DNA of 64,000 nt from Macrostomum hystrix (Eukaryota; Animalia; Platyhelminthes): contig CATNEN010000001.1 of assembly GCA_950097015.1 (NCBI GenBank), forward strand, positions 2,790,001-2,854,000. Reading direction: 5' to 3'. Numbering within the stretch: the stretch's first letter is position 1; each line of letters begins with the position of its first letter. Shown piece by piece: positions 31,499 through 44,428 of the stretch. Position numbers and translations under genes: made by a program. The notes beneath the pieces were generated by a model. That model saw nothing but the letters and a program-made list of their open reading frames with translations, did no database searches and was not told the DNA's origin.

Positions 31499-31799
31499 AC
31501 TCATAATGCCCGAGTGATTCCCAATATCTGATCGCGGTTCGGAGGGGAATAATGACCTAAGCTAGCTCATACAATAAAGTTATGGCCGCGATCAGTCATT
31601 CCTACAGGGGGCTAAGACAGATCCAGGGAGAGAGGATTCGACGGCTACTTAATTCACCGCCGCCCCAAACCCGGCTCTAAGATTAATGATCTTGTTTGTG
31701 GCCAGCTGCTAGGTGGATCGCGATTATTGATTGCCTAAAAATTTGAAAAACTCCGCTGGCTCACATTCCCACTCGATTCCCGCAGCACACTCCACATCA
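31499..31799 (-). repeat. Partial LTR (copy B', A-subtype)
   Basis: Repeats the last ~300 bp of the LTR and shares diagnostic variants with copy A (attattgattgcctaaaaa). Confidence 0.88.
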
Positions 31800-32440
31800 C
31801 GACACAATCCATGTCAACACGGGCTACGATCAAGCTTCTAGAAGAGGACTTCGCCCACTTCGGCTACCCTCACGCCATAGTCACAGACAACGCAGCGACA
31901 TTCATGGCCGAAGAGTTTCAAGCATGGTGTCGCGAACACGGCATTGCGTACCTCACAGGAGCTCCGTACCATCCAGCAACAAACGGAACGGCCGAACGAC
32001 TGGTTCAGAGTTTCAAGAAAGCCCTAAAGAAATCTAGCCTGTCACCGGCCAGGGCGCTACAGAAATTCCTGATGCAGTACCGACGGACTCCTGCTGTCAA
32101 TGGCTACTCCCCGAGCGAACTCCTGAATGGTCGGCAGATCAGGACACAAATCGATACCCTAATGCCATCGCCGGCCCATCTCACCCAGGAACGCCAAGTC
32201 AAGCGCTACTATGGACCACGCCGCGAGAGAGAAAGCCGCTGGGTTCCGGCGGTGGTCACCAAGCCGCATGGCGGCCGCAGCTTAAATGTTAAGGTGGTCC
32301 CGAGCGGCCAGTCTGGCGACGGCACATTGAACAGCTTCAGCCGCGACACACGTCAGCAGAAGACAGCGATCCAGGATCGCTGCCCACTGAGCCTAATGAA
32401 GCGACTGGCCCCTCGATGCTACCGCCCTCCTCGGCGGTGA
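31800..32440 (+). pseudogene. Gypsy (Mag/K02A2.6-like) integrase core fragment
   Basis: FAHFGYPHAIVTDNAATF...TGAPYHPATNGTAERLVQSFK...YRRTP...SPSELLNGRQIRT. Confidence 0.9.
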
Positions 32441-32613
32441 CGCATCTGGGATCTCGACCTAGGCCTCCGGGTAGATGGGAACCGGAGCAAGTCCAGCATC
32501 TGCTGCCTTATGAACCGGCAAACCCTCGAGGGTCAATGAGACCGCGCAAGCCTATTGTAAGAATGGACATATGAACGTTTTCTGTCAGCTGTACTCACAG
32601 CTTGGTGGGGAGG

Positions 32614-32937
32614 TGTTGAGACTGTTGTTGCTGTAATTCCCGGGAACTTACCAGAATTTTCTATTCTTTGTCGTAAGGCGTTAAGTCCATACTCTTTCCA
32701 GAATTTTCCCGCGAAGTCTATTTTACTAACTTTTTAGAAAGTTCTTCCCCGCGCCTTTGGGCCAATAAATAAAGGCCCCGACCTCTGCACTCATGCGTAA
32801 TTTGTACGACTATTTGATATAATATATCAAATATACACTCCTATTCGTTTACCTGCCGAGTGCCGCCTATCGGTTTGTTTTCCTTGTTATTCTAACAAAT
32901 CGGAATCTCTGTTGCGTCAGTCATTTAAGATACAACA
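32614..32937 (+). repeat. 3' LTR (324 bp) of the integrase-bearing gypsy element
   Basis: PPT ggtggggagg is followed by tgttg...caaca (inverted ends), with internal AATAAA. Confidence 0.75.
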
Positions 32938-35900
32938 GTTACAATGCTGACGCCCTGTCGTGTTAAATAAGTGTACAATCGAGTTTTCCATTGTTTGTTT
33001 AACATTTTTCCTAGGTTGCTAGTAACATGGTAAATCTTTCATTTGTTTGCAGAACCTGCTATTTGAAATAGTTTCATTAAATTTAGCAATAAATAGCACA
33101 ACATGTTTTGGATGCCGACACCACACATATTACATATATATATATTAAAAATATTAAATTTTCGGTGGGACTTAATTTGTCAGTTCATTTTGGATATGCC
33201 CACCTGTGGCATAGGCTGTACCCAGACAGGCAACACTTTGGCAACTTCCTGTACTGGGTGAGCCACTACTACCCTGCCTTAAGTGGCTCAAAAGACTCTG
33301 AAAACAATTAAACGAAAGAAACTGAAGGATAGCCAATTGACTAGGGCCTAATTGTAGAAATTATTTCATTTAACATACAATTTATTGGCATTAACAAGTA
33401 CATACGGTTAAAAACATTTCAGATCATTGAGAAACATTCACTCCTACTTTATATACATGGTCATAGCATACAAATTTGCAGATGTGCAGATGAACAGGAA
33501 CAGGTGGCAGACTAAATGGTAGTAGACAAAACAACTGTCAATCACTTGGGTACATATCTGCTACCAGATAGTAACTAGGCCTAAAACACTTCTCTATACA
33601 TAAGTGTGGTAGGCCTACAGATGAATAAAAGTGAAAATGCCTATGCAATTTCAATATAATAATAATCAGAGGTAGGCCTAGGGGCCTCTCACATATTGAA
33701 TGATTTTTATAGTCAATTAAGGCTTGAGACAGAAAAACAGCAGATTTAGATTGAGTTTAAGAGTTCGAAAAATATTTAAACTAGCTTGTAAAAGTCTAAT
33801 GTAGCTAGAAAAAGAAAATAAATGTACTATGGATACACTGCTCGAAGCAATGCTTTGACTTAGTAATAAGAATAGCTTAGCGAAAAAAGATTTAGGATAA
33901 TATAAAAATACAACAGGTTTTCTATTACTATTACTTACCTAAAACGCCAAGGAAGAAGCTAAGCTAGGCCAAACCTATAGCCATACAAACACATGCCTTC
34001 TGAAGGCACCGGTTGTTGTTACTAAGTATGGGGTAAAACACTAGGTTTTTAAAGCCCTGTTCGCCGCACGTCAGCCGAAGCGCTTGCGCTCTGTCCTGTG
34101 CGCAAGTGTATATAGATGGAGGTTTGGGTTGGGGGCTGGAAAAATCAATATCACACACGCACACCCACACACCCACCCCCAAAAAATTGCAGACAGACGC
34201 ACGTGGTGGCTGAACTGACACCTAACGGCCGTGGACTAGCCGGCCCCAGCTCACGGTAAAAATTAGACGGCTAGCCCAGGTCACCTCACCGTGCCATGAG
34301 TCCGGCTAGACGAGTGCAGCTCATGAGCTCCCTGTACGCATCCTCAACTAGTGAAGCGTGGGAACCCCATGATGAAGCGTGGTTGGCTGGGAGGGGTTGT
34401 TTACGCGAACTTGGGAACGAACTAGACGATGGTGCCATACATCCCTATTTGAGCGGGGGACAAAGGGGAACGAACCGTTTTTCCTCTTCCCACCAAAACT
34501 CGAATAGTAAAGAGCTCGTCGAGTCAAAACTTCGAATCTAATTCTATATCCTATTGCTAGCTAGAATTGTTGAATAGAAACATTTTTTAATTAGCTAGTG
34601 TAACTAAGAACTGACAGGTAAGTCAGGTTTAGATGCCCATGTCGGTTTAATATTTTCCTATTTGTAATAATGTATTGTGAGAGTTTCTGGCATGTCAAAA
34701 TCAATCCATATTTGTTACTGCTGTATAATAGTCTACATAGTTGGAAATTGCTGGTATTATAAATATTACTATCAATATTAATAGTAGTAATAGCTCATTA
34801 ATGCTGCCTGCTAAACAAGCTTTTCATGCAGATCTAAACAGTGGCATACATAGCCTAGAAATCCATTCCAGGGGTCATTACTGTCTCAGGTGTCACGGCA
34901 AGCTGCTCATGCTGCTCATGCTGATAATTTTCGCTAATTTTTAGTGCTCAGAATTATGATGGGTAATTATAATGGGGCTCCAACCCCTCAGCTCAGCCAC
35001 ATAGATCGTCACAGCGTCACCTATCCTATATGCAGAGGATAGGCCACCCTCTCCCATTCAAATGCACGCTCTCCTATTTCCCCTGTGTTAGGCAGATTTC
35101 TGGTAACCCATGTGTTCGGCTACTAGTAGCTAGTATGACCCCCTCGCCTACGCCATTCAGATCAAGGTGTCAAATCTTAGATAGTCCAACTCTTAATCAG
35201 TGCACCCACACCTGCAGCCCGGAGAAATATGTAACATGCCCTGTGGCCTGTGACTATGACCTGTTAAGAGTGCCTTCAAGGAAGTGAATATTTCAGTCAA
35301 ACCAATACAGAAAAGTTGCGACACAGACTACTAGATGAGGAGTAGTATCAACTGTCAGTCGTTCTTACTCTGCATCTGGCGCAGGAGAAAAGGGCAATGA
35401 CGGAGAGATTGGGAGAGAGAGCAGATGAAAAAAGCACTGTGGAAAGCGGCAGAATTTGAATGTAATTGAAAGTTAGAAACAGGAACAGCCTCTATTTGTC
35501 AAAGTCAGTGTGTTAAATATAAGGAAAATGCCTGACCATAGCGGGCATGTCTCCTCGAGGCTGATGCAGAGAGGAGAATCTGAGAATCACATGGAATCGA
35601 GTCCTCGTTTAATTATTGGTATTAGCATGTAGCATTAATAGAATGGGACCATATAGGGCCAAAACACCTGTTTATAAAAAATGAGGGCCATTGCATTTGA
35701 ATTCACATTGAACTGTAACTTTCACAAAAGCAATCAATATTTTTATAGATATTAACTCACACGCTCGTCCAAAGAGTCGAGCTGCAGGCTGATAGTAGCT
35801 AGCTCTGAGAGCAAAAATTGCAGTAACTTGAGGCTTGCCTAGAACCAGACAATGGCAGTTTGACAGCATAGACCTAGTCGTCCATTAGAGTCCATAATGT

Positions 35901-36851
35901 TGACAAGCGAACAGCCAGGCAGCAAGCAAGGCAGGCTGGAAATGTTTGAGGAAAATGTATTAATATCAATATTTAGTGCAAAAACTGAAAACCATGATTA
36001 AACTGTGATTTCCTCTTTAAAAGTTGAAAAAACTCAAAGCTTGTGAAATGTGTGCAGCATGTGTTTTGACTAGGGCCTGTTAAGAGTACCTTCAAGGAAA
36101 TGAATATATCAGTCCCACTGGTAGCTATAGAATACTTAAATAGCTGTTCCAAGACCAAAAAATTCACCATGACCATGCTAAATAATTCCTGAAGAATAAG
36201 TTTCAAAGTAGAACTAATTTTCAAGTTAAGAATTCAAAATTGTATTTCATGAATTTTTTATGCTTTTTCCTATTAATAGCAATGGTGACATGTTACAGTT
36301 TTGGATTTTCTAACTTGACCATTTTGTGGCCCTATAATATGGTATTACTTGACATGCCTATAGACTCTCCAAAAATATATACTTTGCCAATGAAGAGTAG
36401 GTAAATAGTTCATGTGACAGACATGTGATTTACATATTGCTAAAAAACTTAATTTCAGATGGGACCTACTAGCGGCAATGAATTTCTTCGAAAGAAGGGC
36501 TGTGCTAGTAAGTGTTTTATATACAGTAAGATTTAAAGGAATTGGGCATTTCTGCACCTACTAACTTGGTTTTTGTTCAGAATTGTACAGCTGACTGGAA
36601 AAAAAGAAAAGGGCAGCTTTCTTAGTTTTCTAAAAAATGGGTGACTGCCTTAAAAACTTGGTAAATATGCTTTCATGGATAATGCTGGTTTGGGTATTAC
36701 TTTTTCATTTTTTTATTTAAACAGTTAATTCAGTAATGGTGTTGTTCTCTCCCCCAAGGTCAAGGGGAGATTAACTTAAGCATGGCCTCACTAACGACTA
36801 AGAAAAGCTGCTAAAAATCGACCTCGCCCAATTAAAAGAATCATTCAGGAC

Positions 36852-37874
36852 TTGGACAAACATAAAGAAACTTACATTGTTATTAGAATTACTGAACATG
36901 ACAGAGCCATTTATTACTGTTCTAAAGATGTCACTGGCACTTTGAGTGGACAGGTCCAAGAAGCATGTAGTTCTATTGTTGATTTTATAAGAGCAGATAA
37001 GCAAGCGCAACACAGGCTTCAAAATTTGCAGCAGCTTCCTCAAAGAGAAGGAAAGTTTGAAGAAATTATTAAAAAGGGTGTTGTCTACATGCGCAAAGAG
37101 CTTAGTAAAATAGCTAAGGACGCTTATGAAAGGGCAGGCAACTCTGGTGCAATTCAATGGGCACTTATAGCTTCTGATTTAGCTACAGGTCAGAAGAAAG
37201 GGCCAGGACGTTTTATTCCCAACTTCTCTTCACCCCATAATCTTAACCAACAGCAATGTGTTGCACAATTTCAGGCAATTTCTGATCATGGTGAAGTGAA
37301 ATTTTGGTCTCATTCAGAATGGAATGAGAGAAATGTAGCACCTACAATTAGCACAGAAGGTACTCTGGCAAACCAAAATGAAGCATTGCTTGTTGGCATG
37401 CAAGGTACTAGTGCAAATGGTAATGATTCTGCACTAGTGGCTACACAACAAAATGACTATGCTGCTGAGGCTGAGATAAGCCTCAATGAAGAATGTAGTC
37501 AAAGTGCAGAAGCATCACAAAGTAATGTCAATGATATTACCAGTCTCAACAATGTTACTTCAAATATCAATAGTATTGACACTTTATTCCAAAATCCAGA
37601 CGCTTATTTAGAAGACATTCATTTGCAGCAACTTAGAAGTTCTCAAAATCAAGTAATACATAGTCACCTACGTCTTGCTCAGTTTTCGCAGAATTATTAC
37701 CCAGGTATGTTATTGCCACATGAAATACAGATATCTGAGTCTCAAGTACCTCCTCAGGTACCTTTACAATTTTCATTACCAAGCCTGTCACATATGACAC
37801 AGCAAAGTGCTGTTGAAGAACCTGTTATATCACAACAGCCAAACAGTAGGACAGTCCATTTATTTCCTAGATAG
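36852..37874 (+). CDS. Hypothetical protein (~340 aa; globular N-half, Q/S/N-rich C-half); start uncertain
   Basis: 1-kb open frame in AT-rich DNA, so unlikely to be by chance. No recognised family. ATG at 36782 is out of frame. Confidence 0.5.
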   Translation: MDKHKETYIVIRITEHDRAIYYCSKDVTGTLSGQVQEACSSIVDFIRADKQAQHRLQNLQQLPQREGKFEEIIKKGVVYMRKELSKIAKDAYERAGNSGAIQWALIASDLATGQKKGPGRFIPNFSSPHNLNQQQCVAQFQAISDHGEVKFWSHSEWNERNVAPTISTEGTLANQNEALLVGMQGTSANGNDSALVATQQNDYAAEAEISLNEECSQSAEASQSNVNDITSLNNVTSNINSIDTLFQNPDAYLEDIHLQQLRSSQNQVIHSHLRLAQFSQNYYPGMLLPHEIQISESQVPPQVPLQFSLPSLSHMTQQSAVEEPVISQQPNSRTVHLFPR

Positions 37875-39189
37875 ACTAGACTGCAAATTGTTAAATAAAA
37901 CAGTTCATTATATTGCACTTTATAGATGTGCTATTAAAATCAATGAGGATATACATTGCACTGTTTAGAAGTGCTGTAAGCCTCAGTAGAAAGCTTTTTA
38001 ATGTAGCTTGATATAGCTATTATGTGCTGTATTCATTTTAACCACTTGCATTTAACATAGTGCTGTGAAGCTAAAGTCTTAAAAATTGACCAAAGCTTTG
38101 AATACCTTGCACTCAAAATCTATGGGCACTTCTGGAAACCTTCTCGCTTGGCAAAAATGGATAAAAATATAGGTAGGGTCAGCTATCAATTCATAATTTA
38201 AATCTGAGATCCATATTTGCCATCTGGTGTGCCTGATAATCTTTTGTATACAGTTATTTTGCTACTATACAAGGTGAGATCCTTGTGTTTTAGCATTATA
38301 AAAATGTTTACAATAGAGAGCCAATTCCAGTTAAAAAATTAACAATATCTATTATATTTTACATGTAAATCAAAAGCACACACTCCATTACAAAAATGTG
38401 TTCATATGTGTTCAATGTGGCTATGACAACAAGAGTAGCACTGATTATAGCTAGTTATGTCTAAATATAAATATTTATTCCATCTTTAAACTGAAAGAAC
38501 TCCTCTAGCCAAATAGGGTTGTAATTGTAACATTTATACCAATAAAAACATGTATTAGCTAAATTTAAGCTAAGAAATTAGTTTCTTCATATAGGACTAG
38601 CTACTTCTGTTCTGTCCTCTTCAAAAGAGACTTTAATTTTTTAAAGATTCACATAGGGCATAGCTATAGCTATGCTATAGCAAATGTTTACAAGAAACTC
38701 ACAGATAATTCACACAAATGATATATATATGTGATCCTACATTACTACTGTTTGTTGTATCTGACTTTCTATCTAATTTTTATATAAAAATTCGAATTTT
38801 TTAATGCAGAAACCAAATTATTTGTCCTTCTATGCATGATATTAGATCATTGGTATATTAAAGTACTAAACTTTACCCAACTTTTAGAGTAAAATTTAAA
38901 CTTACTAGTAAATATTTAAGAATTTGATGAAGAAAATCAAGTATGATTACCTTAAACAATAAAGCAATTAAGTGGCAAAGTTTTGGTATTTTCTTAGAAA
39001 AGAAAAACTCTTTTATGTGTCCAAAGAGGCCAGGTAATATTTGAACTGACAAACTCACCTATAACTTACATATACTGCTATAGCTACCTTACCGTTGTTT
39101 ACTGGTACAACACTTCCTTGAATCATGTTTGTTAATTTCCAAGAAACATAATTTGCGTGATTAACGAGTTTGGCAATACATAATTTCAG

Positions 39190-40290
39190 GCATCAAAGAA
39201 AAAATCTGCGGGCCGAAAGAAGGGGCGCGCCGACGCCCGTCCCTTGCGGGCCCCGCCCCGCCCCCCCGCCACCGCCAACGCCGCCGCCATCGCCACCTCC
39301 ATCGCCGCCACCGTCCAGGCCGGCCACCAGGGCTTCATATGCCCGGGTGGCCGGCGCTCCCCCCCCAATCCCGACCCAGCCTGCCCCTGCCCCAGTCCGC
39401 CCTCTTCTCCCCGCCCAACCCAACCTTCCAGCCCGCCCCATCCCTCCTCAACCCAACGCAGGCCCACAACCCACACTCACCACCCCTGCCCCAGTCGGCC
39501 AACCGCCCCGTCCAGCCCGCCCCATCCCTCCTCAACCCAACCCAGGCCCACAACCCACCCTCACCACCCCTGCCCCAGTCGGCCAACCCCCCCGTCCAGC
39601 CTGTCCCATCCCTCCCCAACCCAACCCAGGCCCAGCCCACCCTCCCCCCCATCCCCAGCAGCAGCAGCAGAGTCGCCGCGGCCGCCCTCATCGGGGAGGC
39701 CGCAAGTGGCGAAGTTGGAAGATGAATGTGAGTTTCTGTGCCTTTATATAGTGTTGTTGACAGTGACCCTCCTAACTCTTTAAATTAATTCGTCAGTGCA
39801 GTCAATAGCAGGAATATGGATTTATTCGTTGATTCGGGGTTTTGGGATTTACAGCTTTGATCCCAGATCCCAAGTCCTTCTCTGATCCCAAATCCTTCTC
39901 CAAAATCCCACTTCTTCAGTTATCGACTTTATCATGCAATCATCCCCGTTCATTAGTTATCCCATTTCATGAGTTATCCCCGTTTATCAGTTATACAGTT
40001 ATACAGGATTGTACTAACAACCGTCCTTCGTCCTTGCTCTATATTTTTTGTTTTAAAAATTTGCAGAGAGACAGCGTGCGAGCTTACCTGCTCCATTAGG
40101 AGCTGCGCAGTTTGAGTGCCTATTGCCGAGGGTGAGTTAATTTTTTGTCAGATTCACAGCTAATGATGGAATTCTCTAAATCAATTCAATTGCCAGAAGG
40201 CCTTGTATTTTGCAGAAATTTTGGATTTATGCCGCCACCGTGGCATTGGGGCCCGGGCGGGCCCGTTGGTGGGGGCATCGCTTTCTGGTG
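39190..40290 (+). pseudogene. Spliced Pro-rich/Arg-Gly gene (exons 39190-39727, 40067-40131, 40216-40290)
   Basis: Phase-compatible AG/GT sites and an 84-nt coding repeat. Reads RRGRPHRGGRKWR...RDSVRAYLLH*ELRSLSAYCRGNFGFMPPPWHWGPGG, with one TAG at 40097-99. Confidence 0.45.
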
Positions 40291-40479
40291 AGTTCTGGCT
40301 ATTCTGCCAACAAATAAATACGCTATTTTCTGTCTATGTGTGCCTGATCCTGTCTATCTGCCCTGCCCCTGTGTAAATCGGGCAATTTCATTGGCCACAA
40401 GTCTTAGAAAAAAGGAAGAAATGAGCTCCGCTTCCAGTCCAAATTTTAATTTTAGAATGTTACTAGCAATTAAGCCGCC

Positions 40480-40770
40480 CCGAGTTATTCAGTTATTCAA
40501 AAATTCGTCACTAACTAAATTCGTCACTTCGTCAGATATCCCTTTAAGCAGCTATCCCCTTTCACCAGTTATCCCTTATCTACAGTTATCCCATGTCGGC
40601 AGAAATCCCATTTCATCAGATAGCCCACTTCAGAAGTAATCCCACTTAACCTCTTATCTTACTTCAGCAGTTATCCAATGTCAGCAGTTATCTAACTTCA
40701 TCAGTAATTCAACTTCTGTAGTTTTCCCAGTGCAGCAGTTATCCCACTTCAGCAGTTATCCCACATCAGG
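40480..40770. repeat. Degenerate ~19-bp minisatellite (cagttatcccacttcag)
   Basis: Visible directly. Confidence 0.7.
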
Positions 40771-40970
40771 GGTAGCAGGGTTGGTGGGGTAGCAGGGGCC
40801 ATCAGATTAGTGAGTTAAAAAAACATGTTTATCCAGACGCAAACGTATTTTATCTTCAAGGGCAATAAATTTCGAAGTTCCCAGCGAAAAAAGTAAATTT
40901 CTATGTGCATCCGTTTAAAAAAGACATCGCTTAGATAAGTGGCCTTTAATAAAATTTACATAGTCTTCAA

Positions 40971-41001
40971 GTGTCGCGTCCTTCTACTCTAGTAGTCCTT
41001 G
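40971..41001. mobile_element. Orphan P-type TIR
   Basis: rc caaggactactagagtagaaggacgcgacac closely resembles the TIRs at 15502 and 17345. Confidence 0.55.
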
Positions 41002-41769
41002 CAAATAACTACTAATTTTAACTACTAACTAAACTTTTCCGTTTAGCTTCCAGTGCATATGCTGCTATATAGGGGCCCTTTGACTAGACCCTTCTCACAC
41101 CGAGCCAAACTAACGACAGTTTAATATATTGATTCGCCATGTTATCCTACCAAACGAAAAAGATTTGTCATTCATTTAACACCCACCCCATTCCCCAAAC
41201 CCCATATTCGCGTTTGATTCGCTGTGATTCATTTAATGACACCCACCCCATTCCCCAAACCCCATAATCGCGTGTCCTCTCTGTCTTGAGGCTCCTGGCT
41301 TGCCTAATAGTGTCCTGCATATCACACCATCTATTTATTACAAGACCAGAACAAAGACACTTTCGTTCAGTCTCGACTCTTAAACTATTTTGTCATTAGA
41401 CAGTGGACTTGTTGATTCTACTAAGAAAGAAAATTGTTAATCGAATCTAATAAACTTCAGTCCATCTTTATTTTCATAACGTTGAGATTTGCAGACTCTC
41501 TGAGATTGAGAAAAACAGAGAACTCTGAGAAGAACAGTTTTTCATCGCATTCTCCCCAACTCTCCTCTTTATTAAAGACCAAGGAACAACTTAACATCGT
41601 TAATTCGTTTCTTTTATTAAATATGGCTAATTTTGTTGACTATATTATTGACTATATTCGTACTGTTCATGGATTGTGGATTGTTCATATTGTTCATTTT
41701 CAATTCGGGCAGACAGGAGGGAGTGAGGGGCAGAGAGGAGAGACAAGAGAGTGAGAGGGCAGAGAGGAG

Positions 41770-42065
41770 AGAATTGAGATCATGGGATTAGAATTGAGAT
41801 CATGGGATTAGAATTGAGATCATGGGATTGGAAAGGGGATCGTAGGATTGGAAAGTGGTCAGTGCCCTCCTCGCTAGAGAGGGGTCAGTGCCCTCCCTGA
41901 GAGGGGTCAGTGCCCTCCCTGCTAGAGGGGTCAGTGCCCTCCCTGCTAGAGAGGGGTCAGTGCCCTCCCTGCTAGAGGGGCCAGTTCCCTACCTGCTAGA
42001 GTGATCAGTGCCCTCCCTGCTAGAGGGGTCAGTGCCCCCATGTTATAGAGGGGACCAGTGCCCTC
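41770..42065. repeat. Minisatellites: 20-bp gaattgagatcatgggatta x3, then ~22-bp ggtcagtgccctccctgctagag x~9
   Basis: Visible directly. Confidence 0.9.
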
Positions 42066-44390
42066 AGGCAAGCAGGCAGGCAGGTAGGCAGACAGACAGG
42101 TAGACAGACAGGACAGGAGCAGATATCTACACCATACTTTACTTGTATGGCTTACTAAATCTAGCCCAAATCTACCAAACCCAACCCCACCCAATGCAGC
42201 CTCCTCTCCACTCCACCCTAGCTCTCCACCCTCTAAGCTTCTACTCTTCTATTTACACTTACACTTCTTCCATGTGTTCATGAGCCATGACCCATGTGCT
42301 CAAATCTCTATCTGGCCTACAAGATAAAAATGGTTACCAACCCTGTCCTAATAGGTCAGTGTCCATAGATCTTATATTCCCTAGATAACCTACTCCCCAT
42401 TCAAGCAATGTGAAAAATGTGATCCCACCAAAAAACATTTAATAAACCTGACCTGACCATGTCCATGCTCACTCAGAGCTCAAGTTCAGTAGCTATGGGA
42501 CATAGGCAGTTATTTTTGTTTGGATGGCATTAAAAAGATGTAGCAGAAATTTTTTAGTTGCCAATGTTTCCTACCTGTGTGAGCTATGCTCAGCAGCAAA
42601 TAGATGGTACCAGAGTATTAAACTCATGTAGCTGCTGCATGAGGGGCTGCGGCACCCAAGTGCCACAGGGCCACAGGGATCCTTTTCCCTTCCTCCCATT
42701 CCTATTCACTCACATTCCCATCCCTCACATTCCTATCCTTCTAGCTTACACAGAATTGTAGTCTACACTTTGACAGCACTTCATATGGCAAAATAAGATT
42801 AAACCACTCACTCAAATTGTAAAACCAAACACCAACTTCTCCATTTGGTTTGAAGATACATGAAAATCATTGTTCGGTTTTAGATGAAAAACAGGAATAA
42901 CTTTTTTCTATTTGACAAAATAGCAAAAGCAGACACTTTTTAGAAAGATGTAACTGTTTTCTATAACTTGGCTTTTGATTTATCATCATATCTTAAATAG
43001 AAAATCTGTAGCTTAGGTTCGAAGTTAAAAAATACACATTCTTGTTGGGTTGATGATACATTACCCTATAGATGACAGATGTTAGACTTTGGTTCCAATT
43101 TTCTTATTTCTTCCCCTCATTTTATTCAATCTTTCATTTAAAAGCACAATTCTTTTAAATATGTGACCTATGAAGTGGGTGCAATTTGGCAAGTATACCA
43201 TACTGATCATACCATTTTTGGAAGTGGATATACAATAGTCAATTAGTTTACTTTGGATTACATATTCCACTAATTATCAATTCAATCATAGAATTAAGCC
43301 CTGCGGAATTTTCTTAGAGCTACAGAAAAAAGGCCAAACTGCAATGGCAACACTAGTCCTTGATCCTAGGCTCCCAGCTCATAGATCCCATATCCCAGTA
43401 GTTGCTTGGAAATCTTAATAAGAATTTATATTCCTGCGTCCTAATTTTTTTTAGAATAATACATTGTTTCTATACAATTATGACAAGTGGCCAGCCAATA
43501 AGCTATGCGTATAGACCCACTATGCAGTTTTTTTAATTCTAATATTAAGACTTATTAAGATAAGCATAAATTCTGTAGCCTATGTAAAAAGGCTTGGATA
43601 GCTCACTATTTATAATACACTGAAACTTATAGGGGGCCTACTCTTAGAGGTCTACATTTTAATACATAAATGGAATGTGGGTGCATTTATTTAGTGATGA
43701 TCATAGCAGGTCAGATGTTAGCTATGAGCCAAGCTGACAAGTAAGGACAGTGGCACTGGGTTCAGAGCAGTAGATTCATATTGTTTGAGTTAAACACTTC
43801 GACTGTGCAAGTCAAACATAAAACAAACAACAGACTCACACTGCCTCCCCAAGCCTGTGATTAGCAGTAACACTTGCCCAGCTCTGCACATTACTACATA
43901 TTGTATTCTGCTAAATTTCAATATTCTCCGCTTTCACATTATGCCTTGCTTTTATACTGAGAAACAAGCAATTTATAACTTGACGTACCCTTGTCTTCAT
44001 AGAAATTGAACGCGAAACGTTAATTTCAATGGTCCCTCATAAGATACCGTGTAGAAACCATCCTTCCTAGAAAGCAAGTCGTTTCATAACGTAACTGTTG
44101 TTGCTCGGTCGTATAAAATCTCATTTTAATTCTATGAATGACTTTCCGATGCTCATTTAAATGGGCCAACTTTTCCACATAGCATGCTTTACAACACATT
44201 ATTGTTATTGCTCACTTATTAAAAAATTCTCGCTCGGGGAAACTGTCAACTTTTATTGCCTCCCTATCATCATTATAGTTTTCGAAATAATTCCTTTAAT
44301 CCTGCTTTTAAGTTGGAATTCTATTTTCCTAATTTAAATTTCCTCCTAATTTTAAATTGCATTTAATGCATTATTGCAGAACGGATGCTC

Positions 44391-44427
<37 letters not shown>
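44391..44427. repeat. (GCC)n microsatellite
   Basis: Visible directly. Confidence 0.9.
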
Positions 44428-44428
<1 letters not shown>

